DNA of 64,000 bases. Origin: the human T2T-CHM13v2.0 reference genome, Homo sapiens. Of the stretch, positions 28,270 to 43,600 are shown in pieces (position 1 is the first letter of the stretch; each line of letters opens with the position of its first letter). The stretch lies in the NCBI RefSeq assembly GCF_009914755.1, contig NC_060933.1. One strand, 5' to 3'. Below the pieces are notes generated by a model. It searched no databases, had not been told where the DNA came from, and saw only the letters and a program-made list of their open reading frames with translations. Both the position numbers and the translations under genes were made by a program.

Positions 28270-31200
28270 TGGAATCAACCCGAGTACAATGGAAAGGAAA
28301 GGAATGGAATGGAATGGAATGGAATGGAATGGAATGGAATGGAATGGAATGCAATGGAATGGAATCTTCCGGAATGGAATGGAATGGAATGGAATGGAAT
28401 GGAGTGGAATGCAATGGATTCAACTCGATTGCAATGGAATGGAATAGAATGGAATGGAATGGAATGGATTGCAATGGAATTAAACAGAATAGAATGGAAT
28501 GGAATGGAATGGAATGGAACAGAACGGAACGGAACGGAACGGAGTGGAAAGGAATGGAATGGAATTGTATGGAATGGAATAGAATGGTACGGAATAGAAA
28601 GGAATGGAAAGAATTGGAATGGAATGGAATGGAATGGAATGGAATGGAATGGAATGGAATGGAATCAACCCGAGTGCAATGGAATGGAGTGGAATGGAAT
28701 GGAATGGAATGGAACAACCCGAATGGAATGGAATATAATGGAGAGTAAGGGAGTTGAACAGAATCAATCCGAATGTAATGGAATGGAACGGAATGGAATG
28801 GAATGGAATGGAATGGAATGGAATGGAATGGAATGGAATGCAATGGAATGGAATCAACCCGAGTACAACGGAACGGAATGTAATGTAATGTAATGTAATG
28901 GAATGGAATGGAATGGAATGGAATGGAATGGAATCAACCCGAGTGCAATGGAATGGAGAGGAATGGAATGGAATGGAATGGAAACTACCCGAATGGAATG
29001 GAATGTAATGGAGTGTAAGGGAATTGAATAGAATCAATCCGAATGGAATGGAATGGAATAGAACGGAAAGTAATGTAATGGAATGGAATGGAATCAACCC
29101 GAGTGCAGGGGAATGGAATGGAATGGAATGCAATGGAATGGAATCATCCGGAATGGAATGGAATGGAATGCAATGGAATGGAATGGAATGGAATCAACCC
29201 GAGTGCAATGGAATGGAGTGAAATGGAATGGAATGGAATGGAGACAACCAGAATGGATTGGAATATAATGGAGTGTAAGGGAATTGAATAGAATCAATCT
29301 GAATGTAATGAAATGGAATGGAACGGAATGGAATGGAATGGAATGGAACGGAATGGAATGGAATGGAATGGAATGGAATGGAATGGAATGGAATGCAATG
29401 GAATGGAATCAACCCGAGTGCAATCGAATGGAATCGAATGGAATGGAATGCAATGGAATGGATTCAACTTGAATGGAATGGAAAGAATGGAATCAACACG
29501 AGTGGAATGGCATGGATTGGAATGGAATGGAATGGAATCAACCCGAGTATAGGGGAATGGAATGGAATGGAATGCAATCGAATGGAATCATCCGTAATGG
29601 ATTGGAAAGGAATGGAATGGAATGGAATGGAATGGAATCAACTCGATTGCAATCGAATGGAATGGAATGGAATTAACCCGAATAGACTGGAATGGAATGG
29701 AATGGAACGGAACGGAATGGAATGGAATGGAATGGAATGGAACCGAAAGGAAGGGAATGGAATGGAATAGAATGGAATGGAATGGAATCAACGCGAGTGC
29801 AGGGGAATGGAATGGAATGGAATGCAATGGAATGGAATCTTCCGGAATGGAATGGAATGGAATGGAATGGAATGGAATGGAATGGAATGGAATGGAATCA
29901 ACCCGAGTGCAATGGAATGGAGTGGAATGGAATGGAATGGAATGGAACAACCCGAATGGAATGGAATGTAATGGAGAGTAAGGGAGTTGAATAGAATCAA
30001 TCCGAATGTAATGGAATGGAATGGAATGGAATGGAATTGAATGGAATGGAATGGAATGCAATGGAATGGAATCAACCCGAGTGCAATGGAATGGAGAGGA
30101 ATGGAATGGAATGCAATGGAAACTACCCGAATGGAATGTAATGGAGTGTAAGGGAATTGAATAGAATCAATCTGAATGTAATGGAATGGAATGGAACGGA
30201 ATGGAATGGAATGGAATGGAATGGAATGCAATGGAATGGAATAGAATCAACGCGAGTGCAGGGGAATGCAATGGAATGGAATGCAATGGAATGGAATCTT
30301 CCGGAATGGAATGGAATGGAATGGAATGAAATGCAATGGATTCAACTCGATTGCAATGGAATGGAATAGAATGGAATGGAATGGAATGGAATGGAATTAA
30401 TCCGAATAGAATGGAATGGAATGGAATGGAACGGAATGGAACGGAATGGAAGGGAATGGAATGGAATGGAATGGAATGGTATGGAATGGAATGGTACGGA
30501 ATAGAATGGAATGGAACGAATTGTAATGGAATGGAATTGAATGGAATGGAATGGAATCGAATCAACACGTCTGCAGGGGAATGTAATGGAACGGAATGCA
30601 ATGGAATGGAATCATCCGGAATGGAATGGAATGGAATGGAATGGAATGGAATGGAATCAACCCGAGTGCAATGGAATGGAGTGGAATGGAATGGAATGGA
30701 ATGGAACAACCCGAATGGAATGGAATGTAATAGAGAGTAAGGGAGTTGAATAGAATCAATCCGAATGTAATGGAATGGAATGCAACGGAATGGAATGCAA
30801 TGGAATGGAATGGAATGCAATGGAATGGAATAAACCCGAGTACAATGGAATGGAATGGAATGGAATGGAATGGAATGGAATGGAATGGAATGGAATGGAA
30901 TGGAATGCAATGGAATGGAATCAACCCGAGTACAATGGAATGGAAAGGAATGGAATGGAATGGAATGGAATGGAATGGAATGGAATGGAATGCAATGGAA
31001 TGGAATCTTCCGGAATGGAATGGAATGGAATGGAATGGAATGGAGTGGAATGCAATGGATTCAACTCGATTGCAATGGAATGGAATAGAATGGAATGGAA
31101 TGGAATGGAATGCAATGGAATTAAACAGAATAGAATGGAATGGAATGGAATGGAATGGAACAGAACGGAACGGAACGGAACGGAGTGGAAAGGAATGGAA

Positions 31201-33490
31201 TGGAATTGTATGGAATGGAATAGAATGGTACGGAATAGAAAGGAATGGAAAGAATTGGAATGGAATGGAATGGAATGGAATGGAATGGAATGGAATGGAA
31301 TCAACCCGAGTGCAATGGAATGGAGTGGAATGGAATGGAATGGAATGGAACAACCCGAATGGAATGGAATATAATGGAGAGTAAGGGAGTTGAACAGAAT
31401 CAATCCGAATGTAATGGAATGGAACGGAATGGAATGGAATGGAATGGAATGGAATGGAATGGAATGGAATGCAATGGAATGGAATCAACCCGAGTACAAC
31501 GGAACGGAATGTAATGTAATGTAATGTAATGGAATGGAATGGAATGGAATGGAATGGAATGGAATGAACCCGAGTGCAATGGAATGGAGAGGAATGGAAT
31601 GGAATGGAATGGAAACTACCCGAATGGAATGGAATGTAATGGAGTGTAAGGGAATTGAATAGAATCAATCCGAATGGAATGGAATGGAATAGAACGGAAT
31701 GTAATGTAATGGAATGGAATGGAATCAACCCGAGTGCAGGGGAATGGAATGGAATGGAATGCAATGGAATGGAATCATCCGGAATGGAATGGAATGGAAT
31801 GCAATGGAATGGAATGGAATGGAATCAACCCGAGTGCAATGGAATGGAGTGAAATGGAATGGAATGGAATGGAGACAACCAGAATGGATTGGAATATAAT
31901 GGAGTGTAAGGGAATTGAATAGAATCAATCTGAATGTAATGAAATGGAATGGAACGGAATGGAATGGAATGGAATGGAATGGAATGGAATGGAATGCAAT
32001 GGAATGGAATCAACCCGAGTGCAATCGAATGGAATCGAATGGAATGGAATGCAATGGAATGGATTCAACTTGAATGGAATGGAAAGAATGGAATCAACAC
32101 GAGTGGAATGGCATGGATTGGAATGGAATGGAATGGAATCAACCCGAGTATAGGGGAATGGAATGGAATGGAATGCAATGGAATGGAATCATCCGTAATG
32201 GATTGGAAAGGAATGGAATGGAATGGAATGGAATGGAATCAACTCGATTGCAATCGAATGGAATGGAATGGAATTAACCCGAATAGACTGGAATGGAATG
32301 GAATGGAACGGAACGGAATGGAATGGAATGGAATGGAATGGAACCGAAAGGAAGGGAATGGAATGGAATAGAATGGAATGGAATGGAATCAACGCGAGTG
32401 CAGGGGAATGGAATGGAATGGAATGCAATGGAATGGAATCTTCCGGAATGGAATGGAATGGAATGGAATGGAATGGAATGGAATTGAATGGAATCAACCC
32501 GAGTGCAATGGAATGGAGTGGAATGGAATGGAATGGAATGGAACAACCCGAATGGAATGGAATGTAATGGAGAGTAAGGGAGTTGAATAGAATCAATCCG
32601 AATGTAATGGAATGGAATGGAATGGAATGGAATTGAATGGAATGGAATGGAATGCAATGGAATGGAATCAACCCGAGTGCAATGGAATGGAGAGGAATGG
32701 AATGGAATGCAATGGAAACTACCCGAATGGAATGTAATGGAGTGTAAGGGAATTGAATAGAATCAATCTGAATGTAATGGAATGGAATGGAACGGAATGG
32801 AATGGAATGGAATGGAATGGAATGCAATGGAATGGAATAGAATCAACGCGAGTGCAGGGGAATGCAATGGAATGGAATGCAATGGAATGGAATCTTCCGG
32901 AATGGAATGGAATGGAATGGAATGAAATGCAATGGATTCAACTCGATTGCAATGGAATGGAATAGAATGGAATGGAATGGAATGGAATGGAATTAATCCG
33001 AATAGAATGGAATGGAATGGAATGGAACGGAATGGAACGGAATGGAAGGGAATGGAATGGAATGGAATGGAATGGTATGGAATGGAATGGTACGGAATAG
33101 AATGGAATGGAACGAATTGTAATGGAATGGAATTGAATGGAATGGAATGGAATCGAATCAACACGTCTGCAGGGGAATGTAATGGAACGGAATGCAATGG
33201 AATGGAATCATCCGGAATGGAATGGAATGGAATGGAATGGAATGGAATGGAATGGAATGGAATCAACCCGAGTGCAATGGAATGGAGTGGAATGGAATGG
33301 AATGGAATGGAACAACCCGAATGGAATGGAATGTAATAGAGAGTAAGGGAGTTGAATAGAATCAATCCGAATGTAATGGAATGGAATGCAACGGAATGGA
33401 ATGCAATGGAATGGAATGGAATGCAATGGAATGGAATAAACCCGAGTACAATGGAATGGAATGGAATGGAATGGAATGGAATGGAATGGA
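28270..33490 (+). repeat. ~2.6 kb tandem duplication (copies ~28270-30900 and ~30901-33490)
   Basis: ORF pairs 29024/31655 (2631), 29473/32074 (2601), 30157/32753 and 30336/32932 (2596). Shared markers TAAACAGAAT, GAGTATAGGGG, GAACCGAAAG, CAACACGTCTGC. Confidence 0.9.
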
Positions 33491-36400
33491 TTGGAATGCC
33501 TTCAAACCGAATGGAATGGAAAGGAATGGAATCAACACGAGTGGAATGGAATGGAATGGAATGGAATGGAATGGAGTGGAATGGAATGATACGGAATAGA
33601 ATGGAATGGAACGAAATGGAATGGAATGGATGGAATGGAATGGAATGGAATGGAATGGAATCGTTCCGAGTGGAATAGGAAGGAATGTATTCGAGTGGAA
33701 TGGAAAGGAATGGAATCAACCAGAGTAGAATGGAAGGGAATGGAATGGAATGGAAACTAATAGAATGGAATCAACCCGAGTGGAATGGAATGGAAAGGAC
33801 TGGAATGGAAAGGAATGGAATGGAATGGAATGGAATCAACGCGAGTGCAGGGGAATGGAATGGAATCGAATGGAATGGAATGGAATGGAATGGAATCAAC
33901 CCGAGTGCAGGGGAATGTAATGGAACGGAATGCAATGGAATGGAATCATCCGGAATGGAATGGAATGGAATGGAATGGAATCAACCCGAGTGCAATGGAA
34001 TGGAGTGGAATGGAATGGAATGGAATGGAACAACCCGAATGGAATGGAATGTAATGGAGAGTAAAGGAGTTGAAAAGAATCAATCCGAATGTAATGGAAT
34101 GGAATGGAACGGAATGGAATGGAATAGAATGGAATGGAATGGAATGGAAAGCAATGGAATGGAAACAACCCGAGTACAATGGAATGGAATGGAATGGAAT
34201 GGAATGGAATGGAATGGAATGGAATGGAATGGAATGCAATGGAATGGAATCTTCCGGAATGGAATGGAATGGAATGGAATGGAATGGAATGCAATGGATT
34301 CAACTCGATTGCAATGGAATGGAATAGAATGGAATGGAATGGAATGGAATGGAATTAAACTGAATAGAATGGAATGGAATGGAATGGAACGGAACGGAAC
34401 GGAACGGAACGGAGTGGAATGGAAAGGAATGGAATTGTATGGAATGGAATGGCATGGTACGGAATAGAATGGAATGGAAAGAATTGGAATGGAATGGAAT
34501 CGAATGGAATGGAATGGAATGGAATGGAATCAACCCGAGTGCAGGGGAATGTAATGGAACGGAATGCAATGGCATGGAATCATCCGGAATGGAATGGAAT
34601 GGAATGGAATGGAATGGAATGGAATGGAATCAACCCGAGTGCAATGGAATGGAGTGGAATGGAATGGAATGGAATGGAACCACCCGAATGGAATGGAATG
34701 GAATGGAGAGTAAGGGAGTTGAATAGAATCAATCCGAATGTAATGGAATAGAACGGAATGGAATGGAATGGAATGGAATGGAATGGAATGCAATGGAATG
34801 GAATCAACCCGAGTACAATGGAACGGAATGGAATGGAAGGTAATGTAATGGAATAGAATGGAATGGAATGGAATGGAATGGAATCAACCCGAGTGCAATG
34901 GAATGGAAAGGAATGGAATGGAATGGAATGGAAACTACCCGAATGGAATGGAATGTAATGGAGTGTAGGGGAATTGAATAGAATCAATCCGAATGGAATG
35001 GAATGGAATGGAATGGAACGGAATGTAATGGAATGGAATGGAATGGAATCAACCCGAGTGCAGGGGAATGGAATGGAATGGAATGCAATGGAATGGAATG
35101 ATCCGGAATGGAATGGAATGGAATGAAATGGAATGGAATGGAATGGAATCAACCCGAGTGCAAGGGAATGGAATGAAATGGAATGGAATGGAATGGAAAC
35201 AACCAGAATGGATTGGAATATAATGGAGTGTAAGGGAGTTGAATAGAATAAATCTGAATGTAATGAAATGGAATGGAACGGAATGGAATGCAATGGAATG
35301 GAATGGAATGGAATGGAATGGAATGCAATGGAATGGAATCAACCCGAGTGCAATCGAATGGAATCGAATGGAATGGAATGCAATGGAATGGATTCAACTT
35401 GAATGGAAAGGAAAGAATGGAATCAACACGAGTGGAATGGCATGGATTGGAATGGAATGGAATGGAATCAACCCGAGTACAGGGGAATGGAATGGAATGG
35501 AAAGCAATGGAATGGAATCATCCGTAATGGAATGGAAAGGAATGGAAAGGACTGGAATGGAATGGAATGGAATGGAATGGAATGGAATCAACTCGATTGC
35601 AATCGAATGGAATGGAATGGAATTAACCCGAATAGAATGGAATGGAATGGAATGGAACGGAACGGAATGGAATGGAATGGAATGGAATGGAACGGAAAGG
35701 AATGGAATGGAATGGAATGGAATGGAATGGAATGGAATGGAATGGAATGGAATCAACGCGAGTGCAGGGGAATGGAATGGAATCGAATGGAATGGAAAGG
35801 AATTTAATGGAATCAACCCGAGTGCAGGGGAATGTAATGGAACGGAATGCAATGGAATGGAATCATCCGGAATGGAATGGAATGGAATGGAATGGAATCA
35901 ACCCGAGTGCAATGGAATGGAGTGGAATGGAATGGAATGGAATGGAACAACCCGAATGGAATGGAATGTAATGGAGAGTAAGAGAGTTGAAAAGAATCAA
36001 TCCAAATGTAATGGAATGGAATGCAACGGAATGGAATGGAATGGAATGGAATGGAATGGAATGGAATGCAATGGAATGGAATCAACCCGAGTACAATGGA
36101 ATGGAAAGGAATGGAATGGAATGGAATGGAATGGAATGGAATGGAATGGAATGCAATGGAATGGAATCTTCCGGAATGGAATGGAATGGAATGGAATGGA
36201 ATGGAGTGGAATGCAATGGATTCAACTCGATTGCAATGGAATGGAATAGAATGGAATGGAATGGAATGGAATGCAATGGAATTAAACAGAATAGAATGGA
36301 ATGGAATGGAATGGAATGGAACAGAACGGAACGGAACGGAACGGAGTGGAAAGGAATGGAATGGAATTGTATGGAATGGAATAGAATGGTACGGAATAGA

Positions 36401-39400
36401 AAGGAATGGAAAGAATTGGAATGGAATGGAATGGAATGGAATGGAATGGAATGGAATGGAATCAACCCGAGTGCAATGGAATGGAGTGGAATGGAATGGA
36501 ATGGAATGGAACAACCCGAATGGAATGGAATATAATGGAGAGTAAGGGAGTTGAACAGAATCAATCCGAATGTAATGGAATGGAACGGAATGGAATGGAA
36601 TGGAATGGAATGGAATGGAATGGAATGGAATGGAATGCAATGGAATGGAATCAACCCGAGTACAACGGAACGGAATGTAATGTAATGTAATGTAATGGAA
36701 TGGAATGGAATGGAATGGAATGGAATGGAATCAACCCGAGTGCAATGGAATGGAGAGGAATGGAATGGAATGGAATGGAAACTACCCGAATGGAATGGAA
36801 TGTAATGGAGTGTAAGGGAATTGAATAGAATCAATCCGAATGGAATGGAATGGAATAGAACGGAATGTAATGTAATGGAATGGAATGGAATCAACCCGAG
36901 TGCAGGGGAATGGAATGGAATGGAATGCAATGGAATGGAATCATCCGGAATGGAATGGAATGGAATGCAATGGAATGGAATGGAATGGAATCAAACCGAG
37001 TGCAATGGAATGGAGTGAAATGGAATGGAATGGAATGGAGACAACCAGAATGGATTGGAATATAATGGAGTGTAAGGGAATTGAATAGAATCAATCTGAA
37101 TGTAATGAAATGGAATGGAACGGAATGGAATGGAATGGAATGGAATGGAATGGAATGGAATGGAATGCAATGGAATGGAATCAACCCGAGTGCAATCGAA
37201 TGGAATCGAATGGAATGGAATGCAATGGAATGGATTCAACTTGAATGGAATGGAAAGAATGGAATCAACACGAGTGGAATGGCATGGATTGGAATGGAAT
37301 GGAATGGAATCAACCCGAGTATAGGGGAATGGAATGGAATGGAATGCAATGGAATGGAATCATCCGTAATGGATTGGAAAGGAATGGAATGGAATGGAAT
37401 GGAATGGAATCAACTCGATTGCAATCGAATGGAATGGAATGGAATTAACCCGAATAGACTGGAATGGAATGGAATGGAACGGAACGGAATGGAATGGAAT
37501 GGAATGGAATGGAACCGAAAGGAAGGGAATGGAATGGAATAGAATGGAATGGAATGGAATCAACGCGAGTGCAGGGGAATGGAATGGAATGGAATGCAAT
37601 GGAATGGAATCTTCCGGAATGGAATGGAATGGAATGGAATGGAATGGAATGGAATTGAATGGAATCAACCCGAGTGCAATGGAATGGAGTGTAATGGAAT
37701 GGAATGGAATGGAACAACCCGAATGGAATGGAATGTAATGGAGAGTAAGGGAGTTGAATAGAATCAATCCGAATGTAATGGAATGGAATGGAATGGAATG
37801 GAATTGAATGGAATGGAATGGAATGCAATGGAATGGAATCAACCCGAGTGCAATGGAATGGAGAGGAATGGAATGGAATGCAATGGAAACTACCCGAATG
37901 GAATGTAATGGAGTGTAAGGGAATTGAATAGAATCAATCTGAATGTAATGGAATGGAATGGAACGGAATGGAATGGAATGGAATGGAATGGAATGCAATG
38001 GAATGGAATAGAATCAACGCGAGTGCAGGGGAATGCAATGGAATGGAATGCAATGGAATGGAATCTTCCGGAATGGAATGGAATGGAATGGAATGAAATG
38101 CAATGGATTCAACTCGATTGCAATGGAATGGAATAGAATGGAATGGAATGGAATGGAATGGAATTAATCCGAATAGAATGGAATGGAATGGAATGGAACG
38201 GAATGGAACGGAATGGAAGGGAATGGAATGGAATGGAATGGAATGGTATGGAATGGAATGGTACGGAATAGAATGGAATGGAACGAATTGTAATGGAATG
38301 GAATTGAATGGAATGGAATGGAATCGAATCAACATGTCTGCAGGGGAATGTAATGGAACGGAATGCAATGGAATGGAATCATCCGGAATGGAATGGAATG
38401 GAATGGAATGGAATGGAATGGAATGGAATCAACCCGAGTGCAATGGAATGGAGTGGAATGGAATGGAACAACCCGAATGGAATGGAATGTAATAGAGAGT
38501 AAGGGAGTTGAATAGAATCAATCCGAATGTAATGGAATGGAATGCAACGGAATGGAATGCAATGGAATGGAATGGAATGCAATGGAATGGAATAAACCCG
38601 AGTACAATGGAATGGAATGGAATGGAATGGAATGGAATGGAATGGATTGGAATGCCTTCAAACCGAATGGAATGGAAAGGAATGGAATCAACACGAGTGG
38701 AATGGAATGGAATGGAATGGAATGGAATGGAATGGAGTGGAATGGAATGATACGGAATAGAATGGAATGGAACGAAATGGAATGGAATGGATGGAATGGA
38801 ATGGAATGGAATGGAATGGAATCGTTCCGAGTGGAATAGGAAGGAATGTATTCGAGTGGAATGGAAAGGAATGGAATAAACCAGAGTAGAATGGAAGGGA
38901 ATGGAATGGAATGGAAACTAATAGAATGGAATCAACCCGAGTGGAATGGAATGGAAAGGACTGGAATGGAAAGGAATGGAATGGAATGGAATGGAATCAA
39001 CGCGAGTGCAGGGGAATGGAATGGAATCGAATGGAATGGAATGGAATGGAATGGAATCAACCCGAGTGCAGGGGAATGTAATGGAACGGAATGCAATGGA
39101 ATGGAATCATCCGGAATGGAATGGAATGGAATGGAATGGAATCAACCCGAGTGCAATGGAATGGAGTGGAATGGAATGGAATGGAATGGAATGGAACAAC
39201 CCGAATGGAATGGAATGTAATGGAGAGTAAAGGAGTTGAAAAGAATCAATCCGAATGTAATGGAATGGAATGGAACGGAATGGAATGGAATAGAATGGAA
39301 TGGAATGGAATGGAAAGCAATGGAATGGAAACAACCCGAGTACAATGGAATGGAATGGAATGGAATGGAATGGAATGGAATGGAATGGAATGGAATGGAA

Positions 39401-40600
39401 TGGAATGCAATGGAATGGAATCTTCCGGAATGGAATGGAATGGAATGGAATGGAATGGAATGCAATGGATTCAACTCGATTGCAATGGAATGGAATAGAA
39501 TGGAATGGAATGGAATGGAATGGAATTAAACTGAATAGAATGGAATGGAATGGAATGGAACGGAACGGAACGGAACGGAACGGAGTGGAATGGAAAGGAA
39601 TGGAATTGTATGGAATGGAATGGCATGGTACGGAATAGAATGGAATGGAAAGAATTGGAATGGAATGGAATCGAATGGAATGGAATGGAATGGAATGGAA
39701 TCAACCCGAGTGCAGGGGAATGTAATGGAACGGAATGCAATGGCATGGAATCATCCGGAATGGAATGGAATGGAATGGAATGGAATGGAATGGAATGGAA
39801 TCAACCCGAGTGCAATGGAATGGAGTGGAATGGAATGGAATGGAATGGAACCACCCGAATGGAATGGAATGGAATGGAGAGTAAGGGAGTTGAATAGAAT
39901 CAATCCGAATGTAATGGAATAGAACGGAATGGAATGGAATGGAATGGAATGGAATGGAATGCAATGGAATGGAATCAACCCGAGTACAATGGAACGGAAT
40001 GGAATGGAAGGTAATGTAATGGAATAGAATGGAATGGAATGGAATGGAATGGAATCAACCCGAGTGCAATGGAATGGAAAGGAATGGAATGGAATGGAAT
40101 GGAAACTACCCGAATGGAATGGAATGTAATGGAGTGTAGGGGAATTGAATAGAATCAATCCGAATGGAATGGAATGGAATGGAATGGAACGGAATGTAAT
40201 GGAATGGAATGGAATGGAATCAACCCGAGTGCAGGGGAATGGAATGGAATGGAATGCAATGGAATGGAATGATCCGGAATGGAATGGAATGGAATGAAAT
40301 GGAATGGAATGGAATGGAATCAACCCGAGTGCAAGGGAATGGAATGAAATGGAATGGAATGGAATGGAAACAACCAGAATGGATTGGAATATAATGGAGT
40401 GTAAGGGAGTTGAATAGAATAAATCTGAATGTAATGAAATGGAATGGAACGGAATGGAATGCAATGGAATGGAATGGAATGGAATGGAATGGAATGCAAT
40501 GGAATGGAATGGAATGGAATGGAATGCAATGGAATGGAATCAACCCGAGTGCAATCGAATGGAATCGAATGGAATGGAATGCAATGGAATGGATTCAACT
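30900..40600 (+). repeat. ~5.17 kb-offset duplication (copies ~30900-35400 and ~36060-40600)
   Basis: ORF pairs 32074/37245, 32753/37924, 34300/39471 and 34580/39751 all have offset 5171; others are 5156-5166. About 660 bp at 35400-36060 is not shared. Confidence 0.9.
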
Positions 40601-43600
40601 TGAATGGAATGAAAAGAATGGAATCAACACGAGTGGAGTGGCATGGATTGGAATGGAATGCAATGGAATCAACCCGAGTACATGAGAATAGAATGGAATG
40701 GAATGCAATGGAATGGAATCATCCGTAATGGAATGGAAAGGAATGGAATGGAATGGAATGGAATGGAATGGAATGGAATGGAATCAACTCGATTGCAATC
40801 GAATGGAATGGAATGGAATTAGCAGAATAGAATGGAATGGAATGGAATGGAACGGAACGGAAAGGAATGGAATTGAATGGAATGGAATGGAACGGAAAGG
40901 AAGGGAATGGAATTGAATAGAATGGAATGGAATGGAATCAACGCGAGTGCAGGGGAATGGAATGGAATGGAATGCAATAGAATGGAATCTTCCGGAATGG
41001 AATGGAATGGAATGGAATGGAATGGAATGGAATGGAATCAACCCGAGTGCAATGGAATGGAGTGGAATGGAATGGAATGGAATGGAACAACCCGAATGGA
41101 ATGGAATGTAATGGAGAGTAAGGGAGTTGAATAGAATCAATCCGAATGTAATGGAATGGAATGGAACGGAATGGAATTGAATGGAATGGAATGGAATGCA
41201 ATGGAATGGAATCAACCCGAGTGCAATGGAATGGAGAGGAATGGAATGGAATGGAATGGAAACTACCCGAATGGAATGGAATGTAATGGAGTGTAAGGGA
41301 ATTGAATAGAATCAATGCGAATGTAATGGAATGGAATGGAACGGAATGGAATGGAATGGAATGGAATGGAATGGAATGCAATGGAATGGAATCAACCCGA
41401 GTGCAATCGAATGGAATCGAATGGAATGGAATGCAATGGAACGGATTCAACTTGAATGGAATGGAAAGAATGGAATCAACACGAGTGGAATGGCATGAAT
41501 TGGAATGGAATGGAATGGAATCAACCCGAGTACAGGGGAATGGAATGGAATGGAATGCAATGGAATGGAATCATCTGTAATGGAATGGAAAGGAATGGAA
41601 TGGAATGGAATGGAATGGAATGGAATCAACTCGATTGCAATCGAATGGAATGGAATGGAATTAACCCGAATAGAATGGAATGGAATGGAATGGAACGGAA
41701 CGGAATGGAATGGAACGGAACGGAACGGAATGGAATGGAATGGAATGGAATGGAATGGAATCAACGCGAGTGCAGGGGAATGGAATGGAATGGAATGCAA
41801 TGGAATAGAATCTTCCGGAATGGAATGGAATGGAATGGAATGGAATGGATTCAACTCGATTGCAATACAATGGAATAGAATGGAATGGAATGGAATGGAA
41901 TGGAATTAATCCGAATAGAATGGAATGGAATGGAATGGAACGGAATGGAACGGAATGGAATGGAATGGAATGGAATGGAATGGTATGGAATGGAATGGAA
42001 TGGTACGGAACAGAATGGAATGGAACGAATTGTAATGGAAAGGAATTGAATGGAAAGGAATGGAATGGAATGGAATGGAATGGAATGGAATGATACGGAA
42101 TAGAATGGAATGGAACGAAATGGAAAGGAATGGAATGGAACGGAACGGAATGGAATGGAATGGAATGGAATGGAATGGAATGGAATGGAATGGAATGGAA
42201 TGGAATGGAATGGAATCGTTCCGAGTGGAATAGGAGGGAATATTTTCGGGTGGAATGGAAAGGAATGGAATCAACCAGAGTGGAATGGAAAGGAGTGGAA
42301 TGGAATGGAAACTAATAGAATGGAATCAACCCGTGTGGAATGGAATGGAGAGGACTGGAATGGAATGGAATGCAATGGAATGGAATGGAATGGAATTAAC
42401 ACGAATACAATGGAATGGAATGGAATGGAACGGAATGGAGTGGAATGGAATGGAATCAACCCGAGTGCAGGGGAATGGAATGGAATGGAATGCAATGGAA
42501 TGGAATCTTCCGGAATGGAATGGAATGGAATGGAATGGAATGGAATGGAATCAACTCGATTGCAATCGAATGGAATGGAATGGAATTAACCCGAATAGAA
42601 TGGAATGGAATGGAATGGAACGGAATGTAATGGAATGGAATTGAATGGAATGGAATGGAATGGAACGGAACGGAATGGAATGGAATGGAATGGAATCAAC
42701 GCGAGTGCAGGGGAATGGAATGGAATGGAATGCAATGGAATGGAATCTTCCGGAATGGAATGGAATGGAATGGAATGGAATGAAATGCAATGGGTTCAAC
42801 TCGATTGCAATGGAATGGAACAGAATGGAATGGAATGGAATGGAATGGAATTAATTCGAATTAAATGGAATGGAATGGAATGGAACAGAAGGGAACGGAA
42901 TGGAATGGAATGGAATGGAATGGTATGGAATGGAATGGAATGGTACGGAATAGAATGGAATGGAACGAATTATAATGGAATGGAATTGAATGGAATGGAA
43001 TGGAATGGAATGGAATCAACGCGAGTGCAGGGGAATGTAATGGAACGGAATGCAATGGAATGGAATCATCCGCAATGGAATGGAATGGAATGGAATGGAA
43101 TGGAATGGAATCAACCCGAGTGCAATGGAATGGAGTGGAATGGAATGGAATGGAATGGAACAACCCGAATGGAATGGAATGTAGTGGAGAGTAAGGGAGT
43201 TGAATAGAATCAATCCGAATGTAATGGAATGGAATGCAACGGAATGGAATGGAATGGAATGGAATGGAATGCAATGGAATTGAATCAACCCGAGTACAAT
43301 GGAATGGAATGGAATGAAATGGAATGGAAGGGAATGGAATGGAATGGAATGATACGGAATAGAATGGAATGGAACGAAATGGAATGGAATGGAATGGAAT
43401 GGAATGGAATGGAATGGAATGGAATGGAATGGAATCTTTCCGAGTGGAATAGGAGGGAATGTATTCGAGTGGAATGGAAAGGAATGGAATCAACCAGAGT
43501 GGAATGGAAGGGAATGGAATGGAATGGAAACTAATAGAATGGAATCAACCCGAGAGGAATGGAATGGAAAGGACTGGAATGGAATGGAATGGAATGGAAT

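Noticed and set aside
26700-29300. 1.8 kb offset (ORF pair 27222/29024) as a regular 1.8 kb higher-order repeat
   Set aside because: Only about 0.8 kb is shared, and the period does not continue on either side.
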